64,000 bases of DNA, from contig OZ244042.1 in assembly GCA_965215015.1 (NCBI GenBank), forward strand, positions 5,280,001-5,344,000. Reading direction: 5' to 3'. Of this stretch, positions 28,624 through 39,508 are shown piece by piece (positions within the stretch are counted from its first letter, which is position 1; each line of letters opens with the position of its first letter). A model generated the notes under the pieces. It was not told where the DNA came from. It worked only from the letters and a program-made list of their open reading frames with translations, and searched no databases. The translations under genes and the position numbers were made by a program. The stretch is from Candidatus Poribacteria bacterium. Lineage in GTDB: Bacteria; Poribacteria; WGA-4E; PCPOR2b.

Positions 28624-29236
28624 TGCAACATGGACGCGGTACTATGAACTGAATGAAGGGCATTTCCAAGCCGGGGGGTAGACGTGCAATGAATTGCACT
28701 ACTACCAACTCACGTCCCCTAGCCCCCCCGCAAGCAGGGGGGAATTTGTTGGTGGGGGCGTCTATCAATACTTCTACATCGTAGTGGTCCAAGTCTTGAG
28801 CCCCTTACGAGTTTCTGGTATAGGAGTTACGCATTTCGGTTTGTAGTAGGGCGATTCATCGCCCGTCCAAACGCAACATGGACGCGGTACTATGAACTGA
28901 ATGAAGGGCATTTCCAAGCCGGGGGGTAGACGTGCAATGAATTGCACTACTACCAACTCACCCCCCCTAGCCCCCCCGCAAGCAGGGGGGAATTTGTTGG
29001 TGGGGGCGTCTACCAACACTTCTACATCGTAGTGGTCCAAGTCTTGAGCCCCTTACGAGTTTCTGATATAGGAGTTACGCATTTCGGTTTGTAGTAGGGC
29101 GATTCATCGCCCGTCCAAACGTGCCATGGACGCGGTACTATGAACTGAATGAAGGGCATTTCCAAGCCGGGGGGTAGACGTGCAATGAATTGCACTACTA
29201 CCAACTCACCCCCCCTAGCCCCCCCGCAAGCGGGGA
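28624..29236. repeat. REP array: about 2.5 copies of a 248-bp unit
   Basis: CATGGACGCGGTACTATGAACTG at 28629, 28877 and 29125; ~160-bp core shared with the 21.4-22.7 kb array. Confidence 0.93.
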
Positions 29237-29357
29237 AGGTGATTATGGCAATACGATAAAAGCGTACACCAAAGCGATAGAAATCAAGCCACAGGTTATG
29301 TCCCTACTTTAACGAATGCGCTATACATCGCGCTGCTCTGGAGCGCGGGAAAATGAT

Positions 29358-31571
29358 ATGGAAAAACTTGTAGGTATCCTCGAACGCATTGTTTTTGAAA
29401 ATACGGAATCGGGCTATACCATCGCCCGATTGACCTCGCGTGATTACCCGAATGAACTGATCACCGTTGTAGGGAATCTTGCCGCCGCGAATGCCGGTGA
29501 GAGCCTCGCTCTCAAAGGGGAGTGGGTCAACAACCCGCAGTACGGTAGGCAGTTCAAGATCGAGGGGTATGAGACGGTGCTACCCGCAACAGTCGTTGGG
29601 TTGCGGAAGTACCTCGGTTCGGGGATGATCAAAGGCATCGGGCCGGTGATGGCGTCGCGAATCGTCAATAAGTTCGGGATGGACACGATGGAGGTGATTG
29701 AACAGACTCCCGAAAAGCTGAAGAGGGTTTCGGGAATCGGCAGCAAGCGTGTGGATACGATTAAGGTGGCGTGGGCAGCGCAACGCGAGATCAAAAACGT
29801 GATGCTCTTTCTGCAATCCAACAACGTCAGCACCGCCCATGCGGTCAAAATCTATAAAACCTACGAAAGCGAATCGATCGCGATTGTCCGTGAGAACCCC
29901 TATCGTCTGGCTGATGATATTTATGGAATAGGCTTCAAAACTGCGGATACCATTTCGCAAAATCTGGGTATCGCGCCTGAATCTCCGCATCGGGTGATGG
30001 CGGGCATAAAGTATGTCTTGAGCCATAAGGCGGATGACGGTCACGTTTTCCTGTATCGAGATGAATTGCTCACCGCGTGTGAGGAAATTTTAGAGCTCCC
30101 GCCCGATACAATTGAAGCCGGGATGGCAGAATTGAGTGCGAAAGAGGAAATTATTTCCGAAAATACGCCGACGGGAGAGGGGGTCTACCTCGCGCCATTT
30201 TATTATGCGGAGATTGGCGTCACCAATGCAATTTCAAAGTTATTGCAAATCCCTGCCCATCCTGTCCAACTCGGTTTTGTTGACGCGTCAATTGACCGGC
30301 TTGAAAAGCAGATGGGGATTCGTTTTGCTGCCAATCAGCGCGAGGCAGTTAAGACTGCGTTGACCGCTAAGGTGATGCTCTTGACAGGTGGGCCGGGGAC
30401 CGGAAAAACAACGACAACAATCGGCATGATCCGCCTCTTTGAAGTGCTTGAAAAAAGCGTTCTGCTGGCGGCACCCACCGGACGGGCAGCGAAACGCCTC
30501 AACGAGACGACTGGACGCGAAGCCAAGACCATCCACCGCCTGTTGGAGTTTTCGCCGCAGGAGAACGGTTTCAAACGGAATCGGGAGAACCCGTTGGATG
30601 CGGACGTGGTCATCGTTGATGAGATGTCAATGGTTGATCTGGTGTTGATGAACAACCTGATGAAAGCGGTGCCGCAGCGTGCAACCCTCATCATGATTGG
30701 CGATGTGGACCAACTTCCATCGGTGGGAGCGGGGAATGTCCTGACAGACCTGATCGCTTCTGGGCAGGTTACGGTTGTCACATTGACGGAGATTTTTCGT
30801 CAAGCGCAGCAGAGCTACATCGTCACCAACGCGCATCGCATCAATCGTGGCGAATTTCCGCAGACCACCGGCCCCGCCGACCGCAATTTCTTTTTTATAG
30901 AGGAGGAAGATCCGGATCGCGCGGTTGACCTGATATGTGACCTTGTGGGAAAACGTTTGCCGAAGCACTACGGTTACCACTCAATGGACGATATTCAGGT
31001 GCTCTGCCCGATGCGGCGTGGCACGGTTGGGTCTGAAAATTTCAACAAACGTTTGCAGGCAATCCTCAACGCTTCCTCGGAAGATGCGATTCGCGGGGGG
31101 CGAAATTTTCGCGTCGGAGATAAGGTGATGCAGATTCGGAACAACTACGACTATGAGGTTTTTAACGGTGACATTGGGCGCATCACCGATGTGGACTTCA
31201 TCGAGAAAGAGGTCACGATCCAATTCCCTGAAAAGCGTGTTGCTTTTGACATGGCGGATCTGAACGAATTGGTGCTAGCTTATGGTATCACGGTCCATAA
31301 GGCGCAGGGCAGCGAGTATCCTGCTGTCATTGTGCCGCTGATGACGCAGCACTATCTGATGCTGCAACGAAATCTCCTCTATACCGGCATTACGCGGGCG
31401 AAGGAGTTGGTCATCCTTGTTGGGACTAAGAAGGCACTCGGTATAGCGATCCGGAATAACAAGGTTGTTGAGCGGAATAGCTTTCTCGCTGAGCGACTTC
31501 GGGGTGCTTTGGGTGGAGATGCGGCGCACCTTCAGGATTGGATGGGGGAAGGTAGAGAGCGGATCGCGTAG
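29358..31571 (+). CDS. recD2: ATP-dependent RecD2-like DNA helicase
   Basis: N-terminal HhH (IKGIGPVMA), TGGPGTGKT, AAPTGRAAKR, VDEMSM, GDVDQLPSVG, TVHKAQGSE and LYTGITRAK. Confidence 0.95.
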   Translation: MEKLVGILERIVFENTESGYTIARLTSRDYPNELITVVGNLAAANAGESLALKGEWVNNPQYGRQFKIEGYETVLPATVVGLRKYLGSGMIKGIGPVMASRIVNKFGMDTMEVIEQTPEKLKRVSGIGSKRVDTIKVAWAAQREIKNVMLFLQSNNVSTAHAVKIYKTYESESIAIVRENPYRLADDIYGIGFKTADTISQNLGIAPESPHRVMAGIKYVLSHKADDGHVFLYRDELLTACEEILELPPDTIEAGMAELSAKEEIISENTPTGEGVYLAPFYYAEIGVTNAISKLLQIPAHPVQLGFVDASIDRLEKQMGIRFAANQREAVKTALTAKVMLLTGGPGTGKTTTTIGMIRLFEVLEKSVLLAAPTGRAAKRLNETTGREAKTIHRLLEFSPQENGFKRNRENPLDADVVIVDEMSMVDLVLMNNLMKAVPQRATLIMIGDVDQLPSVGAGNVLTDLIASGQVTVVTLTEIFRQAQQSYIVTNAHRINRGEFPQTTGPADRNFFFIEEEDPDRAVDLICDLVGKRLPKHYGYHSMDDIQVLCPMRRGTVGSENFNKRLQAILNASSEDAIRGGRNFRVGDKVMQIRNNYDYEVFNGDIGRITDVDFIEKEVTIQFPEKRVAFDMADLNELVLAYGITVHKAQGSEYPAVIVPLMTQHYLMLQRNLLYTGITRAKELVILVGTKKALGIAIRNNKVVERNSFLAERLRGALGGDAAHLQDWMGEGRERIA

Positions 31572-31602
31572 TTAGTAGGCACGCTCCGCATGCCTACTCC
31601 TA

Positions 31603-34600
31603 TTATGAAGGGTCTATCTCCTTTGCTTCGATGCGGACGCCTCGCCATGGCCGAATATCATCGCTTATTGCGTAGAACGCCGGAATTACGAACAGCGTCA
31701 GGAGGGTTGCCACCGACAGCCCCCAAACAACGGTGCTCGCCATTGGCATCCATATCGCGGATTTTCCACCAACTCCCAACGCCATCGGTAGCAGACCGCT
31801 CACGGTTGTAATTGAGGTGAGTAGGATGGGGCGTAGGCGGGTGCGGCCTGCATTGATAATCGCTTGCCATTTGCTAATCCCCTCTGTCCGTTGACGATTG
31901 ATAAACTCAACCAACACAATCGAATCATTCACGACGATGCCAGCCAGCGCGACGAGCCCGTATGTTGAAGCGGTGCTCAGTGGGTTGCCAGAGGTAAGCA
32001 GCCCTACCATCGCCCCGATAAATGCAAAGGGTACGGTCGTCAGAATAATCACCGGTTGGAGGAAGGACTTGAACTGGGTCCCTAATATGAAATAGACCAG
32101 CATAACCCCAAAGGCGAAGAAGACAGGGATGCTTGAGAAAGCCTTCTGATATTCGGCAAATTGACCGCCGGATTCGAGTGTGTAACCCGGGTAGCGCGAG
32201 CTGATTTGATCAAAATGGGCGCGGAGCCTCTGGTTTACTCTGACTGTGGAGGTCACTTTCTGATCGACATTGGCGGTGATTGTGATGGCTCTTTCCTGTT
32301 TGAAGCGGTGAATTATGGAATGACCTTGCTCGACATTCATTTGGGCGACATCTCGGAGGGGGACTGGTACACCCGTTGTCCCCATCAATTTCAGGTCCGC
32401 GACATCCTTAAGCCCCGTGCGTGCGGATTCGCTGAATTTGACAACGACATCAATCTCCTCATCGCCATCGCGGAATACAGTTGCCTTCGTGCCTTCAAAG
32501 GCATTGCGCGCGGTGAAGGCGATTTGTTGGAGCGTCAGTCCGTATTCGTTCGCTTTGTCCTCATCAATATGTAGTTTGATCTCCTCTTTGCCTAGGGCGT
32601 AGTTGTCCTGAATATCAGTGACTCCGGGGATTTTTGCAAGTTCGGCTTTCAGTTCGTCGGTGAGCCCTTCCAGTTCGTCGAAATATTTTCCTTTTACGAT
32701 TGCTTCAACATCTGTGCCGGCGGGGGGGCCTTCTTCCCTTGTCTGAAATTCGATCTGCTCAGGTCCCGCGATACGGCTGGCTTTCTGGCGGACATCTGCG
32801 ATAATTTCCGCAAGTTCACGCTTCCGATGCTTGGCTTCGACAACCTCAACATGGAGCGTTCCCAAGTGGCTATTGAGGACACTTCCGGTATCCGTGATGC
32901 GAATGCCCGTTTTGGTGATGATTGCCTTGATTTCAGATTTTGGCAACGCAAGCGTAACTGCCTCCAGCTGCCGCATCACCTCATCCGTCGTTTCCAGGCG
33001 GGCTCCCACCGGCAGCGTGACGTAGACAAAAAACATTGGATACTCATCGCCGTGGAACATGTCGACCTCAACCAGTCCGAAGGGGATTGGGAGGAAACTC
33101 AAGAATAGACAAACGACAATACCTCCCAGCACCCAATAGCGATAGCGTAATGTGAATGTCAAGAGTTTGGTATAGGGCTTTAATAAGTAGCGCATCAGTC
33201 TATCCCGAAATCTGGAACGTCCGATTTTTCCCCAATCCGCGATATGGGATGGCAAAATGAAGAAACATTCAAACAGCGATGCGGCAAGCGTCAAGGCAAC
33301 GATGATTGGGATAATCTTCATGAATTTGCCAACAATCCCCGGTAAGAGTGCAAGCGGGAGGAAGATGGAGGCGGTTGTTAAGGAAGCGGTTATCACTGGC
33401 CAAACGACCTCATGTGCACCGTTGACTACGGCTTGGATCAGCGGGTCCCCTTCCTGCATCCGACGGAAGATATTTTCCATCACAATAATCGCATCGTCCA
33501 CGATGATACCAAGCACCAACACCAATCCAAACAGCGACATACTGTTGATCGATTCGTCGGCGAGCCCCATGAGCCCAAAAGTAATCAGGAGGGTCAGCGG
33601 GATGCCGATGGCGACAAAGATGGCGTTCCTCGGTCCCATGAAAAGGTATAAGACAAGGAGAACGAGCACTACCCCGAAAAGTGCGTTATTTTGCAGCTTG
33701 CCGAGCGAATCACGAATATAGATTGAAGTATCATTCACTAATGTAATTTCCACGCCGTCCGGCAGTCGATTTGTCCGGTATTTCTCCACTAGGGTTCGTA
33801 CTGTATCGACAATCCGGATGGTGCTGCCTTCGCCCCGTTTTGCCACCGAGAGCGTAAGTGCCGGCTCACCATTCAAACGGGAAATCACGGTCGGCTCTTC
33901 GTAGGTATCTCGGACCTGCGCGATATTGCCGACGCGGATTTTACCGCCGCCGGGAATCTGTCGCACAATCACATTTTGGATTTGGCGGATCGAATCAAAC
34001 TCGCCGACAGTGCGCAGCAGGTATTCCGCGCGTCCGATTTTCAGCTCCCCCGCGGGGACATTCATATTCTTGGCTGCCAACGCGCCCACAACCTGCGCCA
34101 AGGTCAGTGAATACCGCTCAAGGCGATTGGGATCCACCTCGACCCAGACCTCACGGTCACGAATCCCGGTGATTGAGACCTCTAAAACACCTTCAACGGC
34201 TTCGAGTTCATCCTGGAGTTCTTCCGCCAGATCTCGCATCGTTTTTTCAGGGAGGCTCCCTGCCATAACGACATCAATCACAGGCGTCAGTGTGTTAGAC
34301 TCCAACTTAAACATGGATGGGGCCTCTGCATCTTCAGGTAGATCTTGGACTTTGTCCAACTCTGTGCGGAGATCTTGATACAGTTTGTCAAACTCATCGC
34401 GTGCGATATTCTGATCGAATTTAACGCTGATATTGGCGTATCCTTCAGCGGAGGTTGAGGTGATAGACTCAATTTTATCCACATCAGCGATTTCGTCCTC
34501 AATTGGCTTGGTAATCAGTTTTTCAATCTCCTCGGGTGAAACACCGGGGTACGCCACCCAAATAATTGCCCAGTTGAAAGACATATCGCGTTCCAATTCC

Positions 34601-34704
34601 CGTGGCATATTGATGAGCATATACGAACCCCAAACAATTACCGCAATGGTAATCATGTGAACCAATACGGGATTTCTGATGAACAGTCTGAATACGGACT
34701 TCAT
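31603..34704 (-). CDS. AcrB/AcrD/AcrF family RND efflux permease
   Basis: YPGVSPEEIE, LGIIVDDAIIVMENI, AGIVVNDSIVLV and RLRPILLTS; 1033 aa. Confidence 0.95.
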   Translation of the reverse strand: MKSVFRLFIRNPVLVHMITIAVIVWGSYMLINMPRELERDMSFNWAIIWVAYPGVSPEEIEKLITKPIEDEIADVDKIESITSTSAEGYANISVKFDQNIARDEFDKLYQDLRTELDKVQDLPEDAEAPSMFKLESNTLTPVIDVVMAGSLPEKTMRDLAEELQDELEAVEGVLEVSITGIRDREVWVEVDPNRLERYSLTLAQVVGALAAKNMNVPAGELKIGRAEYLLRTVGEFDSIRQIQNVIVRQIPGGGKIRVGNIAQVRDTYEEPTVISRLNGEPALTLSVAKRGEGSTIRIVDTVRTLVEKYRTNRLPDGVEITLVNDTSIYIRDSLGKLQNNALFGVVLVLLVLYLFMGPRNAIFVAIGIPLTLLITFGLMGLADESINSMSLFGLVLVLGIIVDDAIIVMENIFRRMQEGDPLIQAVVNGAHEVVWPVITASLTTASIFLPLALLPGIVGKFMKIIPIIVALTLAASLFECFFILPSHIADWGKIGRSRFRDRLMRYLLKPYTKLLTFTLRYRYWVLGGIVVCLFLSFLPIPFGLVEVDMFHGDEYPMFFVYVTLPVGARLETTDEVMRQLEAVTLALPKSEIKAIITKTGIRITDTGSVLNSHLGTLHVEVVEAKHRKRELAEIIADVRQKASRIAGPEQIEFQTREEGPPAGTDVEAIVKGKYFDELEGLTDELKAELAKIPGVTDIQDNYALGKEEIKLHIDEDKANEYGLTLQQIAFTARNAFEGTKATVFRDGDEEIDVVVKFSESARTGLKDVADLKLMGTTGVPVPLRDVAQMNVEQGHSIIHRFKQERAITITANVDQKVTSTVRVNQRLRAHFDQISSRYPGYTLESGGQFAEYQKAFSSIPVFFAFGVMLVYFILGTQFKSFLQPVIILTTVPFAFIGAMVGLLTSGNPLSTASTYGLVALAGIVVNDSIVLVEFINRQRTEGISKWQAIINAGRTRLRPILLTSITTVSGLLPMALGVGGKSAIWMPMASTVVWGLSVATLLTLFVIPAFYAISDDIRPWRGVRIEAKEIDPS

Positions 34705-34794
34705 TGTGGGTTTTCCTTTCTAGCCATTTAATTGACGGAAAAATTTGGGGATGGGTTTATTGTTACGGATGGGGCTATGGATTGGGCAAGATGC

Positions 34795-35835
34795 GCGACC
34801 TACCGCTAAGATTAAGAACCTACCCCCCCTAACCCCCCCGCAAGCAGGGGGGAATACGTGCAATGAATTGCACTACTACAAACAGCAGGAAAAGGAGGCG
34901 TGCCCACACCCCTAAGATAAGAACCTACCCCCCCTAGCCCCCCCGCAAGCAGGGGGGAAGACGTGCAATGAATTGCACTACTACAAACAGCAGGAAAAGG
35001 AGGCGTGCCCACACCCCTAAGATAAGAACCTACCCCCCTAGCCCCCCCGCAAGCAGGGGGGAAGACGTGCAATGAATTGCACTACTACGAACAGGAGGAA
35101 AAGGAGGCGTGCCCCCACCCCTAAGATAAGAACCCCCCTAGCCCCCCCGCAAGCAGGGGGGAATTTGTTGGTGGAGGGCAATCCGTGGAGGGTGGTATCG
35201 CTCTAGTCAGATGGGTTTGGCTTGGGGTTTTGTGAATACGGTATCTCCTCCCCCTGCTTGCGGGGGGATTGAGGGGGGTAGCCTCTTTGTTGGTGGGGGG
35301 CAATCCGTGGGAGGTGGTATCGCTGCTGAGGGTAAGAAGTGCGGTCGTGCCCCACTGCTAAGATAAGCCCCCCTAGCCCCCCCCGCAAGCAGGGGGGCAG
35401 ACGTGCAATGAATTGCACTACTACGAACAGGAGGAAAAGGAGGCGTGCCCCCACCCCTAAGATAAGAACCCCCCTAGCCCCCCCGCAAGCAGGGGGGAAT
35501 TTGTTGGTGGGGGGCAATCCATGGTAGGTGGTATCGCTCTAGTCAGATGGGTTTGGCTTGGGGTTTTGTGAATACGGTATCTCCTCCCCCTGCTCGCGGG
35601 GGGATTGAGGGGGGTAGCCGCAATGTTAGATAGAGAGGGCACCGCCGGGGGAAAGCCTCCCTAACCCCAAATACCCATACGGACTCTCTTCCCCCTGCTA
35701 AATACCCTGTGGGTTGTCCGTTAATTCTAGGCTCATTGAGCCTAGAACGGTCTGATACCGTGTGGGTATTCGGGATTGAGGGGGGTAGCCTCTTTGTTGG
35801 TGGGGCGTCCACCCTTACTTCCGCATCGTAGTGAT
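34795..35835. repeat. Mosaic REP cluster with ~105-bp tandem units, a ~336-bp duplication and tnpB-derived modules
   Basis: AGAACC-anchored units at 34815, 34920, 35025 and 35129; GTGGTATCGCTCTAGTCAGATGGGTTTGGCTTG twice; TTAGATAGAGAGGGCACCGCCGGGG near 35626. Confidence 0.92.
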
Positions 35836-35963
35836 CCAATAGGCTTGACGTTATTGATGTTTTCAGGTATTCTTTGGTTGGAACTAGTAGAAAGGGGCAC
35901 AGCAATTTAATTAAACGATAGTAAGCGTTAGTAGCGTTGATGGCTAGGGGGCAAATCTGAATC

Positions 35964-36389
35964 ATGGGTTGGATTAAATATGCAGCGGTTACCGCATGTG
36001 CATTGGCGGCTGCAGATCTTTTTGTGAAATTGGCAGCGGGCAGGCTTTCTAACAGTTTGGCGGTATTAATATACGGGACCTGTACCTTCTCGACTGGCCT
36101 GGCTTGGGTGCTGTGGAAATGGGCGCGTGGCATACCGCAAGAAGCTCAACCTTTAGGGGTTTTAGCGAGTATGGGTGTGGGATTTGCGTTCAGCGGCGTG
36201 ACTTTAGGATTGTATGTAACCTTTGGTGCAGGGGCCCCAATTTCTCTCGGTTCACCCGTTATCCGGTTTGGCGGGATATTACTGACCAGCATAGCGGGCA
36301 TGGTATTATTACGGGAGCCTCTCACGTTACGATATGTTATCGGCCTGCTTCTCGTTTGTGGTGGTATGTATCTGATTATTACAAGATAA
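35964..36389 (+). CDS. EamA/DMT family small transporter
   Basis: Five TM segments; GAPISLGSPV and LLREPLT...IGLLLV.GG motifs. Confidence 0.8.
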   Translation: MGWIKYAAVTACALAAADLFVKLAAGRLSNSLAVLIYGTCTFSTGLAWVLWKWARGIPQEAQPLGVLASMGVGFAFSGVTLGLYVTFGAGAPISLGSPVIRFGGILLTSIAGMVLLREPLTLRYVIGLLLVCGGMYLIITR

Positions 36390-36394
36390 ACCAA

Positions 36395-37231
36395 TCATAC
36401 GGACAACATAATCCCGGCTCCGAATCTGCCCGTCCTACCCCTTTGGTGCCGCTCGGAAAAAAACAGATGTGCATTACAATAGGTGCATATCTGGGGTACC
36501 TCTATGTTTTGTGCGGGGATACCCGTTTCTATGATTTGCCGCTTGTTGGCTTCCCAGAGGTTAAAATACCCTTTGCCATCGGAGGTCTTGTTGTCGATAT
36601 AGCCCTCCGTGCTGCCAAAGGTATCCTCAACTTGTGCGATGACTTCGGGACCGACTTCGTAATGACAGGGACCGATGGAGGGGCCTATCCCTACCAGAAC
36701 ATCGGTCAGCTTGCAGTTAAACTTTTCCTTTAAGGTATTTGCCGTGTTCTGAGCAGCCAGTTTGACAGTCCCCCGCCAGCCGGCATGTACGGCGGCTATC
36801 ACTCGCTTTTGGGGATCGAAGAAGAGAATCGGCACACAATCCGCCATAAGAACCATCAGACATAAGTGGGGAACGTCTGTTACTATTGCATCTGTCGCTT
36901 TAACTGCCGTATCGAGGTCAGCTGCACCGTAGCCCCTCATTTTTTCTGTCACGATTGTCACCGTACCGCTATGAACCTGTCTCGCGATTGTAAAATCGGA
37001 GAGTGAAATTCCGATATTGGCTGCCAAACGTTTACGATTTTTCAGGACAGTTTTAGCGGTGTCTTCAACGTGGAGGCCTAAATTAAGGGATTCGTAAGGC
37101 GGGGGACTCAGCCCGCCGATTCGGGTCGAAACAAAGTGGTCAGCCCCGCTCTGTTTCGACAGGTTCTTGAATCGGAATGTGGACAATGATTGAAGGCGTG
37201 TTTCTAACATGATCTTAGGAATTGCTTTCAA
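36395..37231 (-). CDS. pgeF: YfiH/PgeF (laccase-domain) peptidoglycan editing factor / purine nucleoside phosphorylase
   Basis: STRIGGLS...SLNLG, QVHS, ADCVP, HAGWRG, GPSIGPCHYEVG and FFSER; true start may be ATG 37210. Confidence 0.92.
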   Translation of the reverse strand: MKAIPKIMLETRLQSLSTFRFKNLSKQSGADHFVSTRIGGLSPPPYESLNLGLHVEDTAKTVLKNRKRLAANIGISLSDFTIARQVHSGTVTIVTEKMRGYGAADLDTAVKATDAIVTDVPHLCLMVLMADCVPILFFDPQKRVIAAVHAGWRGTVKLAAQNTANTLKEKFNCKLTDVLVGIGPSIGPCHYEVGPEVIAQVEDTFGSTEGYIDNKTSDGKGYFNLWEANKRQIIETGIPAQNIEVPQICTYCNAHLFFSERHQRGRTGRFGAGIMLSV

Positions 37232-38210
37232 GGGCTTGGATCAATCCACGCATGTGCCCGACGCAGTAAGCAATGTACTCCCTGCCTTCTGGCCCATCTG
37301 TGGTGAGTCGCATGATGTGGTCGTAGTCGATGACAGCGTCGTAGCCCACATCGTGCAAGGCTTTAGCCACGCGGTACATGTCCATGTCGCCGGCGTCGGG
37401 GATTACCTCCTCGTACCCCTTCTTTTCGGGAATTTTTCCGCGTACGTTGCGGAAATGGACGTGGAAAATTTTGCCCTGTTCCCCAAAGTGCCGAATGCCC
37501 TCAAAAACATCTTCGCCTGATTCGTAACGGGTGCCCACGCAAAAGGTCATGCCGTTGTTCGGAGAGGGGACTTCGGAAAAGAGGCGGTCAAAAGCGGCGA
37601 AGTTATAGAGAATCTGTGGTACGCCATAGAGGTTGGGAACCGGTGGATCGTTGCCGTGCATGGCAACCTTGACGCCGGCCCTTTCGGCCACAGGCACAAC
37701 GTTTCTGAAGATTTCCAGGGTACGCTCCCAGATTTCATCGTGGGTTGGTGCCCCTTCTGGTGGGGATTGGTCGAGGGCTTCGCTCAAATCGACTTTCAGG
37801 TGTTGGTATCCGCCCCGTCCCTCAATGAAGCTGTGCATAGCCTCCGGGAAATGACCGAATTGGCCCGCCTGGAAACATTGGATACCCATCACCGGCAGAT
37901 TAAACTCGCCGCAGAGTTCGGCGTTGACAATCAGGTTGTCGATTTCTGCTTCGGAGCCGGGTTGACCGAGAAAGGTCTTGATACAGTCGCCGTTAGAGGT
38001 GTTGGCGCGCTCGATCTTGAGCCCAGCTCTGTCAATGGCTGCTACTACTTTTTCGAGTCCTTCGCGATTTGCGCGCCCGCCGGCTTCTGAGTAACCGGGA
38101 CAGATGTCTAAGGTGATGTCTACGCAATCAACGCCGATCTGTTTGAGAAAGCGGAGATCGTTTGGACGGTTTAACCAGTCGGGACTGATGCGGGTGCCAA
38201 TTTTCATCAT
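37215..38210 (-). CDS. Mannonate dehydratase (UxuA)-like protein
   Basis: LKQIGVD, PVAERAGVKVAMHGNDPP, NGMTFCVG, HVHFRNVRG, GDMDMY and DYDH; AAGGAG RBS before MMKIG. Confidence 0.82.
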   Translation of the reverse strand: MMKIGTRISPDWLNRPNDLRFLKQIGVDCVDITLDICPGYSEAGGRANREGLEKVVAAIDRAGLKIERANTSNGDCIKTFLGQPGSEAEIDNLIVNAELCGEFNLPVMGIQCFQAGQFGHFPEAMHSFIEGRGGYQHLKVDLSEALDQSPPEGAPTHDEIWERTLEIFRNVVPVAERAGVKVAMHGNDPPVPNLYGVPQILYNFAAFDRLFSEVPSPNNGMTFCVGTRYESGEDVFEGIRHFGEQGKIFHVHFRNVRGKIPEKKGYEEVIPDAGDMDMYRVAKALHDVGYDAVIDYDHIMRLTTDGPEGREYIAYCVGHMRGLIQALESNS

Positions 38211-38367
38211 TTTTTGTTCTCCTTGTAGATAAGAGTAGATAAGATCGGGATTCAAAGCCGCCGAGGCTAATGAAGCATAATACGTAATGCGTAATATGTA
38301 AAGAGAAACGGAACGGAGATTCCCGTTCCCTCCAAAATAAACCGATAGTGCCAGATGTAAGGCGGAA

Positions 38368-39508
38368 CTAATGGACTTGGCCGCGGGCGGCGATGTCCCA
38401 TTGTTGGGTGATTTGTCCATCCTTTAGCACTGTGTAGGTGTCTAATAGGTTCGCAACAACACATGAGTGATTTGGTACTAATCGAACCTTAGTACCTGTT
38501 TCCAGATCAAAATCTTTGCGTATGACAAACCCATGTTCTTCCGAAAGTCTGGTGACAATCATCTCATGATTTGCATCCTCGAACCGATTAGCGGGGTACG
38601 CAAGCCCGAATCCTTCCATACCCGGCATCCCGTGCGCGCCTTGATCGGAGCTCAAGGTTTTGGATCCGGCGTCGATAATAAAGTATTCCGAGTTTTGACT
38701 TACCACCGTCGCTAACACGGAGAGCGCGATCTGGTTTAGCGCAATCACCTTGAGACGCAGCGGCATTCTATCCATAAAGATGTAATTGCCCGGTCGGATT
38801 TCCGTGATGCCATCGTAGCTATCGCTCACAAGGGTGCCGGGTGTGGATCCAACAGACACCTCCGCAACCTCGATGCCGTTGCTTTCGAGTTTTTTCCGCA
38901 CGCGCATCATAATTTCGCACTCCTCTTGGGCGACTTTTCGCGCTGCATCGGCGTCCGCTGCGCCATAAGTATGCCCGGCGTGGGATAAAAGCCCCACAAA
39001 ATTTAGAGCGGGTTCTTGGATGATTTTTTGGACTAGCCCAACCAAGCCGGGATCGTCTTCCGTGAGTCCACAGCGGTGTAACCCCACATCTATCTTCAAG
39101 AAGATACTAATCTGTTTCTGGTGTTTCTCCGCTACCTGAGCAATCGCATTTACCCCCACAGGGCTATCGACAATGAGTCGGAGGTCAACGTCATGTGTCT
39201 TTGCAGCAGCTCAGGCGGTCGAGCTTTGACGCAACGACCAAGGGATACGCCACAGTAACGGAGCGAATCCCGTTGTTGATAAAAACGAGTGCCTCGTCTA
39301 CCTTTGAGGAGGTAATTCCGACTGCGCCTGCGTCTATCTGTTGCCGGGCGAGCTCAAGACACTTGTGGGTTTTGATATGTGGGCGGACATTGACACCACG
39401 CGTATTGGCGATGTTCTGAATCAGTTGGATGTTGGCTTGTAACCTGTCCTGATCTAACAAGATGTGAGGGGTTTCTAGTTCTAAAAGCGATGTGTTTATC
39501 TGTCCCAT
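38368..39508 (-). pseudogene. Frameshifted PLP-dependent D-threonine aldolase/D-serine dehydratase (alanine racemase fold) gene
   Basis: 5' part has LETP and RPHIKTHK; 3' part has IDVGLHRCG, HAGH, EIRPGNY, DAGSKTLS, SEEHG and PNHSC; the frames join near 39211 (CTG A GCT GCT GCA). Confidence 0.85.

Noticed and set aside
38211-38420. N-terminal extension of the UxuA-like ORF (similar extensions on nusG 60666, rpmG 60015 and SBP 55405)
   Set aside because: The extensions overlap other genes, tRNAs or repeats; better RBS-linked starts lie downstream.
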